Positions 12,952 through 24,990 of a stretch of 64,000 nt of DNA are shown here, in pieces. Origin of the DNA: Narcine bancroftii (Eukaryota); assembly GCF_036971445.1 (NCBI RefSeq), contig NC_091469.1, positions 225,494,001 to 225,558,000 of the forward strand. Direction: 5' to 3'. Each line of letters starts with the position of its first letter. Position 1 is the first letter of the stretch. Below the pieces are notes generated by a model that ran no database searches, had not been told where the DNA came from, and worked only from the letters and a program-made list of their open reading frames with translations. Both the position numbers and the translations under genes were made by a program.

Positions 12952-15900
12952 TTAACATCTTGACAAACAATCTGCTATTACATTATCTGTCCCCTTTATG
13001 TGTGTAATAATTAAATTATACTCTTGTAACATGCAGCTCCAGTTCAATAACTGTCTGTTCTTATATTTCATTTTAGACAGAAAAACTAATAGATTATGAT
13101 CAGTATATATTATTAACAGTTTTTGAGCAGTACAAATATACACATCAAAATGTTGCAATGCTAAAACAAATGCTAATAACTCCTTCTCAATGGTCGAGTA
13201 ATTTCGTTGATGGTTGTTAAACTTTTTTGAGAAGTACGAAATAGGATGTTCTACTCCATCACCATCCTTCTTCTGTAACAGTACAGCAGCAACCACTTCG
13301 TCACTGGCATCCACGGCTAAAACGAATGCCTTTTCAAAGTTAGGGAACAAACGTACAGGCATAAAATGCCAAAAACGCTTCCTGGCATGAAAGATTTTTC
13401 TTTCTTTCCAAGTAGTTTTGTTAATGGGAGTGCAATTACTGTAAAGTTTTTACAAAATCTACGATAGTAGCCAATCATACCTAGCAATCTCCGAAGAGCT
13501 TCCTTATTACCGGGGATAGGGACTGCAGTGATAGCCAATACTTTCGCTCCAACCGGTGCCACCTGGCCCTGTCCTACCACATAACCCAGATAAATTACAG
13601 TGGCTTGTCCAAACTCACTCTTGTACAAATTCACTGTGAGGTGTGCTTCCACCAGTCTCTGAAATAACTGCTCTAATTCAAGCATGTGTTCTTCCCATGT
13701 ATCCGTACTAATTACTAAATAATCGATATAGGCTCCTGTGTGTTCTAAACCCTGAATTACTGTATTAATCATTCTCTGAAATGTGCCAGGTGTATTTTTC
13801 ATCATGAAAGGCATAATATTATACTCATACAATCCCGAAGGTGTAACAAATGCAGAAATCTTCCTGCCTTTTTCTGTCAAAGGAACACACCAGTATCCTT
13901 TTCAGAGATCAATCTTTGTAAGAAACTTAGCTTTCCCCACCTTATCTATACAGTCATCTATTCTGGGAATAGGGAATGAATCAGTCTTTGTCACTATGTT
14001 TACCTTTCAATAATCTCTACAAAACCTAATTGAGCCATCTGGCTTAGGCACCAGAACACAGGGTGAACTCCAATTTGAACTTGATTTTCGGATGATGTCA
14101 TTTTTGAGCATATAATCCACCTCTTGATTCAACAATCTGGTCTTTTCCTGATTAACTCAATAAGGATGCTGCTTAATAGGCTTAGCATCACTGATCTCCA
14201 TATCATGACAAGCCACAGTAATTCTTCTTGGAACATCTGGGAATATATCCTTAAATTTCATAAGTAATGTCTTCATTTCTTCCCATTCTGATTTAGTCAA
14301 ATGCATTAACTTGGTTTCTAAGTTTTTCAAAACTATGGAATTTTCCAGCCTGGTGCTTATCAGCTTCTGTGCTCCATGACCTTCAATGAAACTTATCTCC
14401 TCTATAACTAGTACCTTGGTTGGAATCCTAGTCTTCTCCTCAGTCATTTTCTCAAAGTAAGGTTTAAGCACGTTCACGTGACAGACCTGTGTCTCTCTTC
14501 GACGATCAGGCGTCTCAATGACATAGGTGACCTGGTTAAATTTTGATTTCACCTTATATGGTCCTGAAAACTGAGCTCTCAAAGGGTTTTACTGCATTGG
14601 AAACAAAACCAATACTTTGTCGCCAGGTTTAATGTCCCTAATTTTTGCTTTTTGATCATATCGAATTTTAATTTTTCCCTGAGCAGTTTTTAAAATTTTC
14701 CTTGCCATCTCGCAAACCTGATGTAATCTGTTTTTAAATTTGAAAACATAATCCAACAGATTTGATTGCATATCATTATGTATCCACTGTTCCTTCAACA
14801 ATAGTAATGGACCCCTGACTTCATGACCAAACACCAACTCAAATGGACTAAAGCCAAGAGACTCCTGAGTTGCCTCTCTAACAGCAAACAATAACAAATG
14901 GATTCCTCCATCCCAATCCTTATTATTTTCCATGCAATAAGCCCTCATCATATTTTTCACAGTTAAATGGAACCATTCCAAGGCCCCTTGACTTTCAGGA
15001 TGATGGGCAGACGGCACAATTTGATGGGCTCCCAATTCATACCCCACCTGTTGAAATAGTCCAGACATAAAATTACTCCCTTGGTCTGATTGAATTTCCC
15101 TTGGTAGGCCAAACAGTGTGAAAATTTTTAGCATAGCCTTCACAATCATCTTTGCTTTAATGTTTCTGAGGGGAATAGCCTCTGGAAATCTTGAAGCTGT
15201 GCACATGAGTGTTAACAAATATTCATTTCCCGCTTTGATTTTTGGCAATGGGCCAACACAATCCACTATCACTTTGGAGAAGGGCTCCCTGAAAGCAGGG
15301 ATGGGTTGTAAATGTGCCACTGGTGGTCCTTGATTAGGCTTGCCCAACAGTTGACAAGTGTGACAGGTTCTACAAAAGTTCACAACATCCTTTCTTAATT
15401 TCGGCCAATAAAACTGTTTCCTTATCTTTTCTACCATCTTCTTCACTCTAAGATAACCTCCTAAAGGTGTACTATGAGCCAACTTTAATATTTCATTCCT
15501 GTAAGTTTTGGGAATTACAACTTGCCTTACTACCCCCCAGTTTTCACTGCAGGTATCGCTTGTGGTCTCCACTTTCTCATCAGTATTCCATCTTGAACAA
15601 AGTAACCTACTGGCACAGTTTCAATTTCCTGTTAGACAGAATCTTATCTCTTATCCCAGCAAGATCAGGATCATGCTTTTGTCTAGCTATTAATTCTTCT
15701 CTTGACAACAGCAAAGCTGGATCCTTAGGTTTGTCCTCAATGCTTGCCTTCACTACAGGATCATCACAGACTTTCTCAACCTCTACCTTTTTTCTAGACA
15801 TGGCTCTAGTAATGGCACATGCAGGGTAGATTTCCAAATCATTTTCGGACTGATAAACCAATGGCTAACTTGTGAGTTTCACTGCAGGTATGACTTTACC

Positions 15901-17458
15901 CTCTGCTAAATAATTTCCTAACAAAAGAGAAACTCCATCCACCGGCAGGCTTGACCTTATCCCTATCGTAACCAGGCCATTAACTAAGTCTGATTTCATC
16001 ACTATTCTATGCAAAGGTATAGGCTCTGCTTCATTACCAATGCCTTTAATTAAATTCACATCTCCAGTATCGGTCTCCTCACCAAAATTCAAAACGTTGC
16101 TTAATACAATCGATTGGCTGCTCCAGTATCCCGCAGGATTTTAATTGGCACTTGATTGGATCCTTCTTTAACCGAAATGAAACCTTCAGTCATGAATAGT
16201 TTAAAAATATCCCTAACTTTCTCATTCTGAACGTAGGCAGTTGGTACCACCCCTTTCTCTTTCTTCCTGTTCAGTACAGGAAAATTTGCTATTATGTGCC
16301 CTGGCTTCTTACAATAGTCGCAAATAACACTCGAAAATTTTTCCTTCACCCATTTCTCTTCCTTTAACCTCACTTCTAGATTTTCTTTTTACTCTACTTG
16401 GATTATCAGCAATATTTCTTTGAAAGGTTTTCCCTGGTGTCCACTTAGAGTCATGGGTTAAAGGATATTCCTCTGCGAATTTAGCCAATTCTTGCCAAGT
16501 TTTTATATTTTTCTCTGCCAAGTACACTTGAATATCGTCAGGAACACAATTTTTAATCTCCTCAATCAGAATGATTTCCCTCAATAAATCAAAGTTATTT
16601 TCTACTTTCATTGCTGCACACCACCGATCAAATCACACAACCTTCCTATAAGCAAAATCCAGGTAAGATTGGGTTGCTACTTTTTTTATAAACTCCTGAA
16701 CTTTTGTCTATAAGCCTCTGGAACTAGTTCATAAAATCAGAGTATAGCCTGATTTACAAATTCGTAATCAGCTGCTTGTTGTACAGTGAGACCTGAGTAC
16801 ACGAGTACACCTGTTGGGCTTTCCCTTTAAGAACACTTTGTAGTGTTCTTGTAATTTACAGCTACTTTCTCAAAATGCTGAACCTACTGGTCTATTTCAA
16901 CTTCCTCAAATGGATGAAGTAACCTCACTTCTCTACTGACCAGAAACCTCTCCTCCTGACCAGCATGTGGGTTTTGAGCTTCTCCCTCTCCTTGGGTTAG
17001 GGTCTGCCTCAATTTAGTTAGTTCTAACTCATATTGCTATTTTTTCTCTCCCTCCTCCCTTGCAGCTGCTCTTTCCTCCATTTCTGCCTGCCTTACTGCT
17101 TCCCTTTCGGCTTTCCTTTCTGCCTCTCTTTTTTTCCTCTCTCTCTTCCCTTCTGCCTGCCTTACTGCTTCCCGTTCGGCCTTCCTTTCTGCTTCTCTTC
17201 TTTCCTCTAACTCTAGTTTTCTCAAAGCCAACTTTATTTCCTCTGAAGTTTTCTCCTTTGGAAACTGTTGTAATTCAGCTTCTTCAATACCCCCTTTCGC
17301 ACATAGTGCTTAACAATCTTTCGGGCAGTTTCCTTTTTTTTCATCCCAGTTCTTACTGTATGAAGTTTTAACTTGACAACTATAACCATCAGTTCTGACT
17401 TTTTAGCCATTTTTAAATTAACCACTGAAGGGTTAGCGATGAACTGGTCAATATTCAT
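12952..17458 (-). pseudogene. Frameshifted gag-pol: Gag with zinc knuckle, protease, integrase, RT, RNase H (in that order)
   Basis: CDYCKKPGHIIAN (knuckle); ILRDTGA (PR); H..H..C..C plus VDCVGP/SDQGSNF/HPESQG (IN, 14589-15572); AYID.L and YLGYVVG (RT); VDASD and EKELLA (RH); multiple stops and frameshifts. Confidence 0.95.
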
Positions 17459-17579
17459 AGTTCCTGATTTTTCTGCTGGTGATTTATACCCTCACCGTTT
17501 ATTTTTAATTTCAAGCTGGAGGTTGAGTCAAACTCAGTTGACTGATAATTAAGCACCCCTAAAGGTTCCAATTGGTTTG

Positions 17580-17598
17580 ATCCCGGACAATGTCCCCA
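17580..17598 (-). other. Primer-binding site, tRNA-Pro-like
   Basis: Minus strand TGGGGACATTGTCCGGGAT versus the tRNA-Pro PBS TGGGGGCTCGTCCGGGAT, 5 nt inside the 5' LTR. Confidence 0.8.
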
Positions 17599-17603
17599 AA
17601 TTA

Positions 17604-18294
17604 TGTTACAAGATCAAACCAGCAACCACAAAGAAGGCATATCACACAGGGGTAAAGATGAACAATTACTTTATTAACAAAAATTCACCCTCAAACTTAA
17701 TTCAAAAATCCCCCCTTTTATAACAATGCCCACTGGTTACTATGCAAATTTCTATAACAGTGTAAAACTAATAAATTCCCCAGCCTAAATATAACATACG
17801 TAATCAAAGTCTAAGCTTCACTTCCAACCAGCCCACAGAAAAACTTAAGACACAAAACACACAAGACTCACAAAACTTCAATCTCAACCGAAGCAAAAAT
17901 CAAGAACCAAATTCAGTTTGTTTGGTAAACTGAAGCCAAAAGATCTTTGTGTGTGAGAGAGAGAGAGAGCACAAAATTTGAAGTTGTTTTGTGTTGCTTG
18001 AAGAGAGAGGAACCACTGGCTTGGTCCGGATCCTTCTGGCTGCTTTCAGAATGTTCATCCTTTTTGAAATCCCAACATTCTAAACTGTCCTCCAGACCAT
18101 GACTCATGCTCTGGGCCTTCTTCCATCCACAGCACCCCCAGTGGTAGTTTATCATCCATGTCCAGAAATTTTTTTCATTTTCTGTACATGCTCAGTCCAT
18201 CTCCCACTCTCTCAGCAGTCCACCTTCACCTTGGCTCTCTAAGGCAAACTGTCACTTTTTAACATAAAACCACACAACACAGAACTCTGTAACA
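17604..18294 (-). repeat. 5' LTR of the Gypsy element
   Basis: TGTTACAAGATCAAACC...CTCTGTAACA; direct repeat of 12109-12818. Confidence 0.95.
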
Positions 18295-18574
18295 ATGTTC
18301 ATTGAAGTTTAAAATATATCCCTGCAATTTGAATAATCTAATCATTGATTCCTCATTCAAGATATTTCTAGTTTTAGTGTACATATTCTGTAAATCCTCG
18401 TGGGTCTTATTCAGGAAATTATTTTTATCAAACATTGATAAGATTCTTAAGTTTTGAACTTCAATTTAGGCTTTCAGTGTCAAGTGAAAATATCATCAGA
18501 TGATTGCACTACTTTTCCCCAGTAATGTGGACCAATTCACCTTATTTGAGCAAATAACAAAAATCAGTCTGCAG

Positions 18575-18725
18575 GAGAAACTCAGAAGGTGAAGCAGCAT
18601 CAGAGAGAGAGAAAGAATTGTCAACATTTCAGTTTGGAATCCTTCATCAAGACTTGGTGAAGGGTCCCCACTCAAAATGTTGACAGTTTTTCTCCCTCTG
18701 ATGCTGCTTGGCTAGTTGAGTTACA
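18575..18725. repeat. Older head-to-head Penelope terminal repeat pair
   Basis: CCTTCATCAAG-A-CTTGGTGAAGG centre at 18652; GCAGCATCAGAG / CTCTGATGCTGC in the arms. Confidence 0.75.
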
Positions 18726-19283
18726 CTAGCAGAATGTTTTTTGCTCCAAATTCCACCATCTCCAGTCTCTTGCATCTCTTTGATCCAATCGCTGACACTG
18801 AAAACCTTGGTAGGCGAAATCCAGCAGCCATAATCTTGTGGTCAAACTTGGCTGAAACAGCTATTGACTCATCTGAAGTGCATTTACTCAGTACTGTTCA
18901 TTAACTAAATTACCAAAATTTAATTTAATTGGCTGGCTGCATTTCATCATGTTACTTGCTGCATTAATTAATTACCTTCCTCCATTTAATTTACGAGCTC
19001 GCTAGATTTAAAAAAAAATATCCATGGTATAAAATGAATCAGTCTTGTATTTCTTTTGTTGTAAATATTAATGTTCTAGAAGTTTGAGTTAATTTTAATA
19101 AACTTACCCTCTTATTCTTAAATATCAACATAGATCAGTTTACATGGCAATTTACATGGTAAAACAATTTAGCAAATTAACTGTAAGTAATCCATTAAAG
19201 ATCTGTAGTTTAATCAATTCCTGGTAGATCTCAAAAGTTCAAAGGATTTAAGACAGATTTCCATGTTTTTGTTGGTAATATTT

Positions 19284-20175
19284 GTCTTATATAATCAATG
19301 ATCTGAATGATAATGTGGTAAATCGAATCAGCAAGTTTGCATTGAGGACAGTGAGGAAGATTTTCAAAGCTTGCAGAGGGATCCGGACCAATTAAGAGAA
19401 TGGGCCGAAAGTGGCAAATGGAGTTTAATTCAGACAAGTGTGAGGTGATGCATTTTGGAAAGGCACTCCAAATGGTATGGCACTGAGGGGTGCGGAAGAA
19501 CAGAAAGATTGGGAATACAGGATCATGGTACCCTGAAGGTGGCATTGCAGGTGGACAGGGTTGTAAAGAAAGCTTTTGGCATTTTAGCCTTTATAAATAA
19601 AAGTATTGAGAATAGTAGTTTGGATGTTATGTTGAGGTTGTATAAGATATCGATGAGGCCAAATTGGGAGTATTGTGTGCAGTTTTGGTTGCCAAACTAC
19701 AGGAAGGATATCAGTGATTGAGAGAGTGCAGAGAAGATTTACTAGGATGCTGCTGGGTCTTCAAGAGTTGAGTTACCGGGAAAGATCAAACAGGTTAGGA
19801 TTTTATTCCTTGGAGTGAAAAGAATGAGGGGAGATTTGATAGATGTTTACAAGATTATGAGAGTGGATACGAGTAGGCTTTTTCCACTTAGATTGGGCTG
19901 AGATAAATACGGGAAGTCATAGTTTTAAGATGAAAGGGGAAAAGGTTTAGGGGGAACGTTAGAGGAAAGTTATTCACTCAGAGTGGTGGGAGTGTGGAAT
20001 GAGCTGCTATCTGATGTAAATGCGGGCTTGATCTTGAGTTTTAAGAATAAATTGGATAGATACATGGATGGTTATGGAATGGGAGCAGGTCATTGGGACA
20101 AGTGGAATGATGGTTGGCACAAAATAGAAGGGCCAAATGGCCTGTTTTCTGTGCTGTAGTGTTCCATAGTTCTAT
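19284..20175 (+). mobile_element. CR1 LINE 3' fragment
   Basis: VDRVVKKAFG.LAFI, RP..EYCVQFW; short tandem tail. Confidence 0.9.
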
Positions 20176-20499
20176 ATTGGACTTGAGGCTGCACTATTTT
20201 CAGTAACCTGCTGCAATGTCATTAAACTATGAGAGCTTCACAAAATACATTTCTCCTGAACCTTTTCTTTCATATCCTTCAGCCAGAGAACAAATGTTTG
20301 GGAGTCCATCCGGAAAAAAATAGAATGAAATTGTACAGCTCTTTATCGTTTATGTGTCCCAAAGAGCTATAAATTGAATTTGTGCACTAGTAATAATGCA
20401 AATCTTATAATAGTATGATAAATTAAGTAAGTCAATTTATACATAAGTATGTCCCACAGATGGAATCAAGATAAATAACAACATAATCTTTTAATACTA

Positions 20500-20845
20500 T
20501 TGGTGGAGGAATAAATATTCACCAGGAGAATGGGAATCCTCTTTCATCTTAACATTATTATTGGGTATTTTACATCCTGCGAGAAGGCAGTCCAAGCCAC
20601 TCTTTCATAGTTTAACAGCATTGTCAATGTCCATTCAGCCCACTGCAGCCATGCTGGTTCTTAATAGACCAATCTTCTCCTCTTCAGTAGAATTATTAAG
20701 CTGTGTCTCAGCTGAAATGGAGCCATCAACTGTGGTGCAGTATTTCCACACAGCATTGTAATATTAACCTAGATTATGGTTCAACATGTGGAAAAATGTT
20801 TGAACTCTATAGCACTCAGTCAGGCAACAGAGAAGAGCCATGACT
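20500..20845 (-). mobile_element. Ancient DeuSINE (SacSINE1/AmnSINE1-like) remnant
   Basis: GGAGGAATAAATATT..CCAGGA...TTTTACATCC..GAGAAGGCAG...CCTAGATTATG..TTGAAC pattern matches the Deu-domain SINE as I recall it; very diverged. Confidence 0.55.
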
Positions 20846-21101
20846 CTTGTGATGTATACTGATTAACCATCTGGCCATTACAGATTGAATTATTCACATT
20901 AATGAAATAATGCTTTTTCTTGTCTACAATTGTGTTATTGTCTTGCTTGACTATAAGTAGTGATGAATAATTTTGATCAGATGGAAAGATGCTGTCCTGC
21001 CCATTTATAATCAGTGGGTTTTTGAATTTTTTTTGATTTATACAGACTCAGTAAACCATAAACAAATCAACTTGATATAGAAAAATATATATATATAAAC
21101 C

Positions 21102-21103
<2 letters not shown>

Positions 21104-21185
<82 letters not shown>
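21104..21185. repeat. (CA)41 microsatellite within an L1 3' remnant
   Basis: Perfect dinucleotide run. Confidence 0.98.
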
Positions 21186-21186
<1 letters not shown>

Positions 21187-21467
21187 CTTCCCTCCCTACC
21201 TCTCTCCCTTATACAATTGATGAAGCAGTCAATAAACTTACAATACAGAATCAATTAACTACCCTTTCCAGTTTTAAAAATATCTATAGTTACATGACAT
21301 GATGTCGTATCAAACTTTGGAGAAAATTAAATGTTTAACGAGTGTTTTAAATTTAAATTTTTCTAATCTTTGGGGCTCCTTTTTGAATTACTTTCATAAC
21401 CTTTAATGGGAATGATAATTATGTAACTTGTGATTCACGTGGATTTGCGTTTCTTATTTTTACTTTT

Positions 21468-21810
21468 CTTTCTTTGGCTTGGCCTCGCGGACGAAGATTT
21501 ATGGAGGGGTAAAGTCCACGTCAGCTGCAGGCTCGTTTGTGGCTGACAAGTCCGATGCGGGACAGGCAGACACGGTTGCAGCGGTTGCAGGGGAAAATTG
21601 GTTGGTTGGGGTTGGGTGTTGGGTTTTTCCTCCTTTGTCTTTTGACAGTGAGGTGGGCTCTGTGGTCTTCTTCAAAGGAGGTTGCTGCCCGCCGAACTGT
21701 GAGGCGCCAAGATGCACGGTTTGAGGCGATATCAGCCCACTGGCGGTGATCAATGTGGCAGGCACCAAGAGCTTTCTTTAGGCAGTCCTTGTACCTCTTC
21801 TTTGGTGCAA
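21468..21810 (-). mobile_element. RTE-clade LINE 3' fragment (same family as 7448-8218)
   Basis: Highly similar to 7450-7790. Confidence 0.92.
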
Positions 21811-22289
21811 CTTTGGAATGGTTTAGGGCTTGGATTATATAGTCATATTTTTAATTTTTCAATTTTTTTCATTTTATTCAATATATCCTTGAACTAATAA
21901 TGTTACAACTGTAATCAGTGTTATGCTTCAATCTCTTTTCTGTATATATGGATTGTTATATAAAAACTTAATTAAAAAATATTGAAAAAGACTAGTGATC
22001 AAGAGCAGGAATGATTTTACCCATCGCCAGTAGCAGGACATAATATAGAGAAATGCAAGAATTATTAAGCTGTGCCTCAGCTGAATGCTGGAAACTAGAC
22101 AATGAGAAGCTGAAAGGACTCAGCCATTCATGGAGCATCCATGGGTCATTCTGTGTTTTAGGTGTGCTATAGAGGTTGGTTCCTTTTTACATTCTACTTG
22201 GCTTTTCACAAAGTTCAGGCCCTTCTGGTTTGACTTCTGTGACACCCTAACCATGATCATAGAGTCACCTTCCCAGTAGACCAAGAGTA

Positions 22290-22936
22290 GATCACTGATT
22301 AATTCTCAAATTAAATTCACAGAAATTGCCTTAAGTGTGGCCAGGAAGTGCATAGCAGTAACGTGGAAGTCTGACTCCCATCTACTCATGGATAGGTGAT
22401 CTTCGGAGATGAATAGCTGCATCCCACTTGGAAAGGTCACTTACAATCTCAGGAAGGGATATTTCCTTCCTAAAAATCTAGCGGCCTTATTTAGAGCATA
22501 TAGTTACCTCACTGGCACCATTATAGGGTTACGGTCACTACTGACTAGCCAGTCGACCTCTGTAAAGATTTTAATATGTTTCCATAGGTTTTACTCTTTA
22601 CGCAAACAATGGGAGTTTTTTTTTGTGTTTCGTTTTCTTCGTTCCTTCTCTGTTTAATAGGAGAGGGGTTCTCGATGTTTCGTATTTGGAATGGTTGTTT
22701 TTTCTTTTTTTCATAAATTTTAGTGCAAACACAGTTCCCTACTACCACAAATTTTGCAGTCGAGTATCCCGCATCTGGGGACATCGCAGGTGTCAGCACA
22801 TCCAAAGGGCTGTGGGATAGCTTCGTCCTAGGAGAACTGCCTTATTGATCACAATCTCCCCTGCCAGGTAACTTTTTGGTATGATTATTGATTGTTAAAT
22901 ATATTTAAAATGATAAATAAAATATTACCAAAAAAA
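22290..22936 (+). mobile_element. L1/Tx1-clade LINE 3' fragment (ORF2 C-terminus, 3' UTR, A-tail)
   Basis: Remnant IALSVARKCIAVTWKSDS...EMNSCIPL.KVTYNLR...KI(W>*)RPYLEHI; AATAAA at 22916-22921; A-run at 22930-22936. Confidence 0.8.
22722..22872 (-). pseudogene. U1 snRNA-derived sequence (retrocopy/pseudogene), antisense inside an L1 3' UTR
   Basis: Minus strand reads TTACCTGGCAGGGGAGAT..TGATCA..AAGG...GGATGTGCTGAC.CCTGCGAT.TCCCCA.ATG.GGGA.ACTCGACTGCA.AATTTGTGGTAGT.GGG.ACTG, colinear with vertebrate U1 over about 150 nt. The Sm site is retained, the U1A loop is altered, the last ~8 nt are missing, and no PSE was seen upstream. Confidence 0.9.
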
Positions 22937-23884
22937 GTCAATGCTTCAAGTCGGATCCCTTTTACCCATTTCTCTAGATGCTGCCTTACCTGCTGAGTCC
23001 CTCCAGGCTTCTCGTTGTTTGCAGCCATGTATTTAAAATTGGACAACTTGATATAGAACAGTGAGCCTTTTATGTATTTTGTACGATGATGAATTTATTG
23101 TCATAGATATTGTACAATGTACATAGACACCAAATGTCCTACTTGATGAAGCTGACAAGCACTTTGTAAAATAGAACCACTATAAAAATAACTTTAAAAA
23201 AACACAACAATGATAAGGTTAATTGAATTAATAAACAACAATAAATACAAAAATAGATAATAAAAGTTCATAGTTATCCTAGTGCAAAAATGTGACAGCC
23301 ATAGGGCAGGCTCTTTATCACGTTTAATTCACTGTATACACATTTAACACTATGTAATACTTAATCTCAAATCTGCAATATTGTTTACTATTCTAATTTA
23401 ACCAGTTCTGCAGCAATTGTGGAGTGAAGTGGAGCGTCAGATCAGAATTTTCCTGTGGTATCCCACAGTCACAACGAGTGGCTGGAAACAAGATGATCTG
23501 TGGCTGAACAGGATATTCAGTCAGTAATATACAATGTCGTTCCTTGCAACCATCAGCCCAATAAACTCTTGTCACTGCCACTCCAACCGGGTGGTGGATT
23601 GGCAATTCAGTTCATGCCACATGACCCTGCCTTCTGTTGTTGTCTGTCATAAAATTATTCTCTTTCTCAGAATTATTAAGTTCCTATGACCTTCGTCCAT
23701 GTGCACTATGTGCAAGAGTAAGATTGAAATGTGTGTCAAATCTCATTTTGGGAATAAATTGATAAAAAGCTATTTCGTGTTCATATTTTGGTTTTGTTCA
23801 GCATATACATAGCATGCTGTATTCCCTTACATCGATTGGCTTCCCAACACCCCACTTCACAAAAAAATATATTCTGATGGACTA

Positions 23885-24812
23885 GTCATCATCCATATCA
23901 TCAGAATTTATTGTCATGAACAAGTCATGAAATTCAGTGTTTTGCGACAGCATCATAGTATGAGTATTTGTATTTTAGCCATCTGACAACATTAGTATAA
24001 ATAAAAAAAAAATAAAAACAGTAGAGCAAGAAAATTAAGGCAGTGTCATTGGTTCATTGATTATTCAGGAATCTGATGGCAGTGGAGAAGAAGCTGTCCT
24101 TGTGCCGCTGAGTGCTTGTCTTTAGACTCTTGTACCCTTTCCCCAATGGTAGCAGAGTGAAGAGGGCATGGCCTGGGTAGTGTTAGGTCTGCTTTGTTCA
24201 TGAATGAGTGAGACAAACACCAGGCTGAGTCGAAATCAGGGTTCTTTGTTCTTTATTACCGGATTGTAACACTTGCGACCAACCAGGTTAGTCGGAGAAT
24301 GCATTCTGCCGTTATCAGCAAAATGGTGATTTTTTATACCCTTGGATACGTGCTTAGAACATCATCATATCATTACTTGTCCAATGACTAAAACTGTTGC
24401 TATCCTTTCCCTGCTAGCTTCCTGCCTCTCAATCCATCAATGTCTCTCTTATCTTGTAAGTACAAGGATGCATTTACATCTTGTTACAGCCCTGTACATT
24501 CCCATCTCATGATGTTTTACCTAACAGGAGTACAAGGACACCTCCCCTTCTTGTTACAGCCTTGTACAGGGTAACTCCCTACACATTCCCATCTCATGAT
24601 GTTTTACCTTACAGTAGTGAGGGTCTTTGAGGATAGAAGCTGCTTTTTTAAGACACCGCCTCACATAGATGTCCTCATTGGAGTTAAGTCTGATGCCTGT
24701 GATGTTGCAGGCTAAGTTAACAATCCTCTGGAGCTTATTCTTGTCCTAAGAATTGTTTTCCATACCAGGCAGTGATGCAACCAGTCAGAATGTCTTCCAC
24801 AGTACATCTGAA
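23885..24812 (-). mobile_element. Rex1/Babar-like LINE 3' fragment (interrupted by the solo LTR)
   Basis: AATAAATTCTGATGAT-type tail and HPGH.LF.LLP.GKR-like C-terminal remnant. Confidence 0.65.
24181..24613 (-). mobile_element. Solo LTR (433 bp) inserted in a Rex1/Babar-like LINE
   Basis: TGTTAGG...CCTTACA termini; 4-bp TSD GTAG at 24177-24180 and 24614-24617; AATAAA on the minus strand near 24252. Confidence 0.88.
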
Positions 24813-24990
24813 ATGCAAACAACCGGGTGGCACAGTAATGCACGCCATCCACTACTGAATGTGTGGAGTTTGCATGTTCTCCAAGTGACTGTGTGGATTT
24901 CCACCTGCTGCTCCAGTTTACTCCCACATCCCAAAGACATGCAGGCTGCTTTGTTAATAGACTACTGTAAATTGCTCAGAGTGTGTAGGT

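Larger units (their letters stand above)
12109..18294 (-). mobile_element. Full-length, decayed Gmr1-like Ty3/Gypsy LTR retrotransposon
   Basis: Two TG..CA LTRs (12109-12818 and 17604-18294); 4-bp TSD ATGT at 12105-12108 and 18295-18298; tRNA-Pro-like PBS; purine tract next to the 3' LTR; gag-PR-IN-RT-RNaseH remnants. Confidence 0.97.

Noticed and set aside
22722-22875. Functional U1 snRNA gene
   Set aside because: No PSE upstream or 3' box seen, the terminal stem is incomplete, the first nucleotides and the U1A and 70K loops are altered, and both flanks are L1 sequence.
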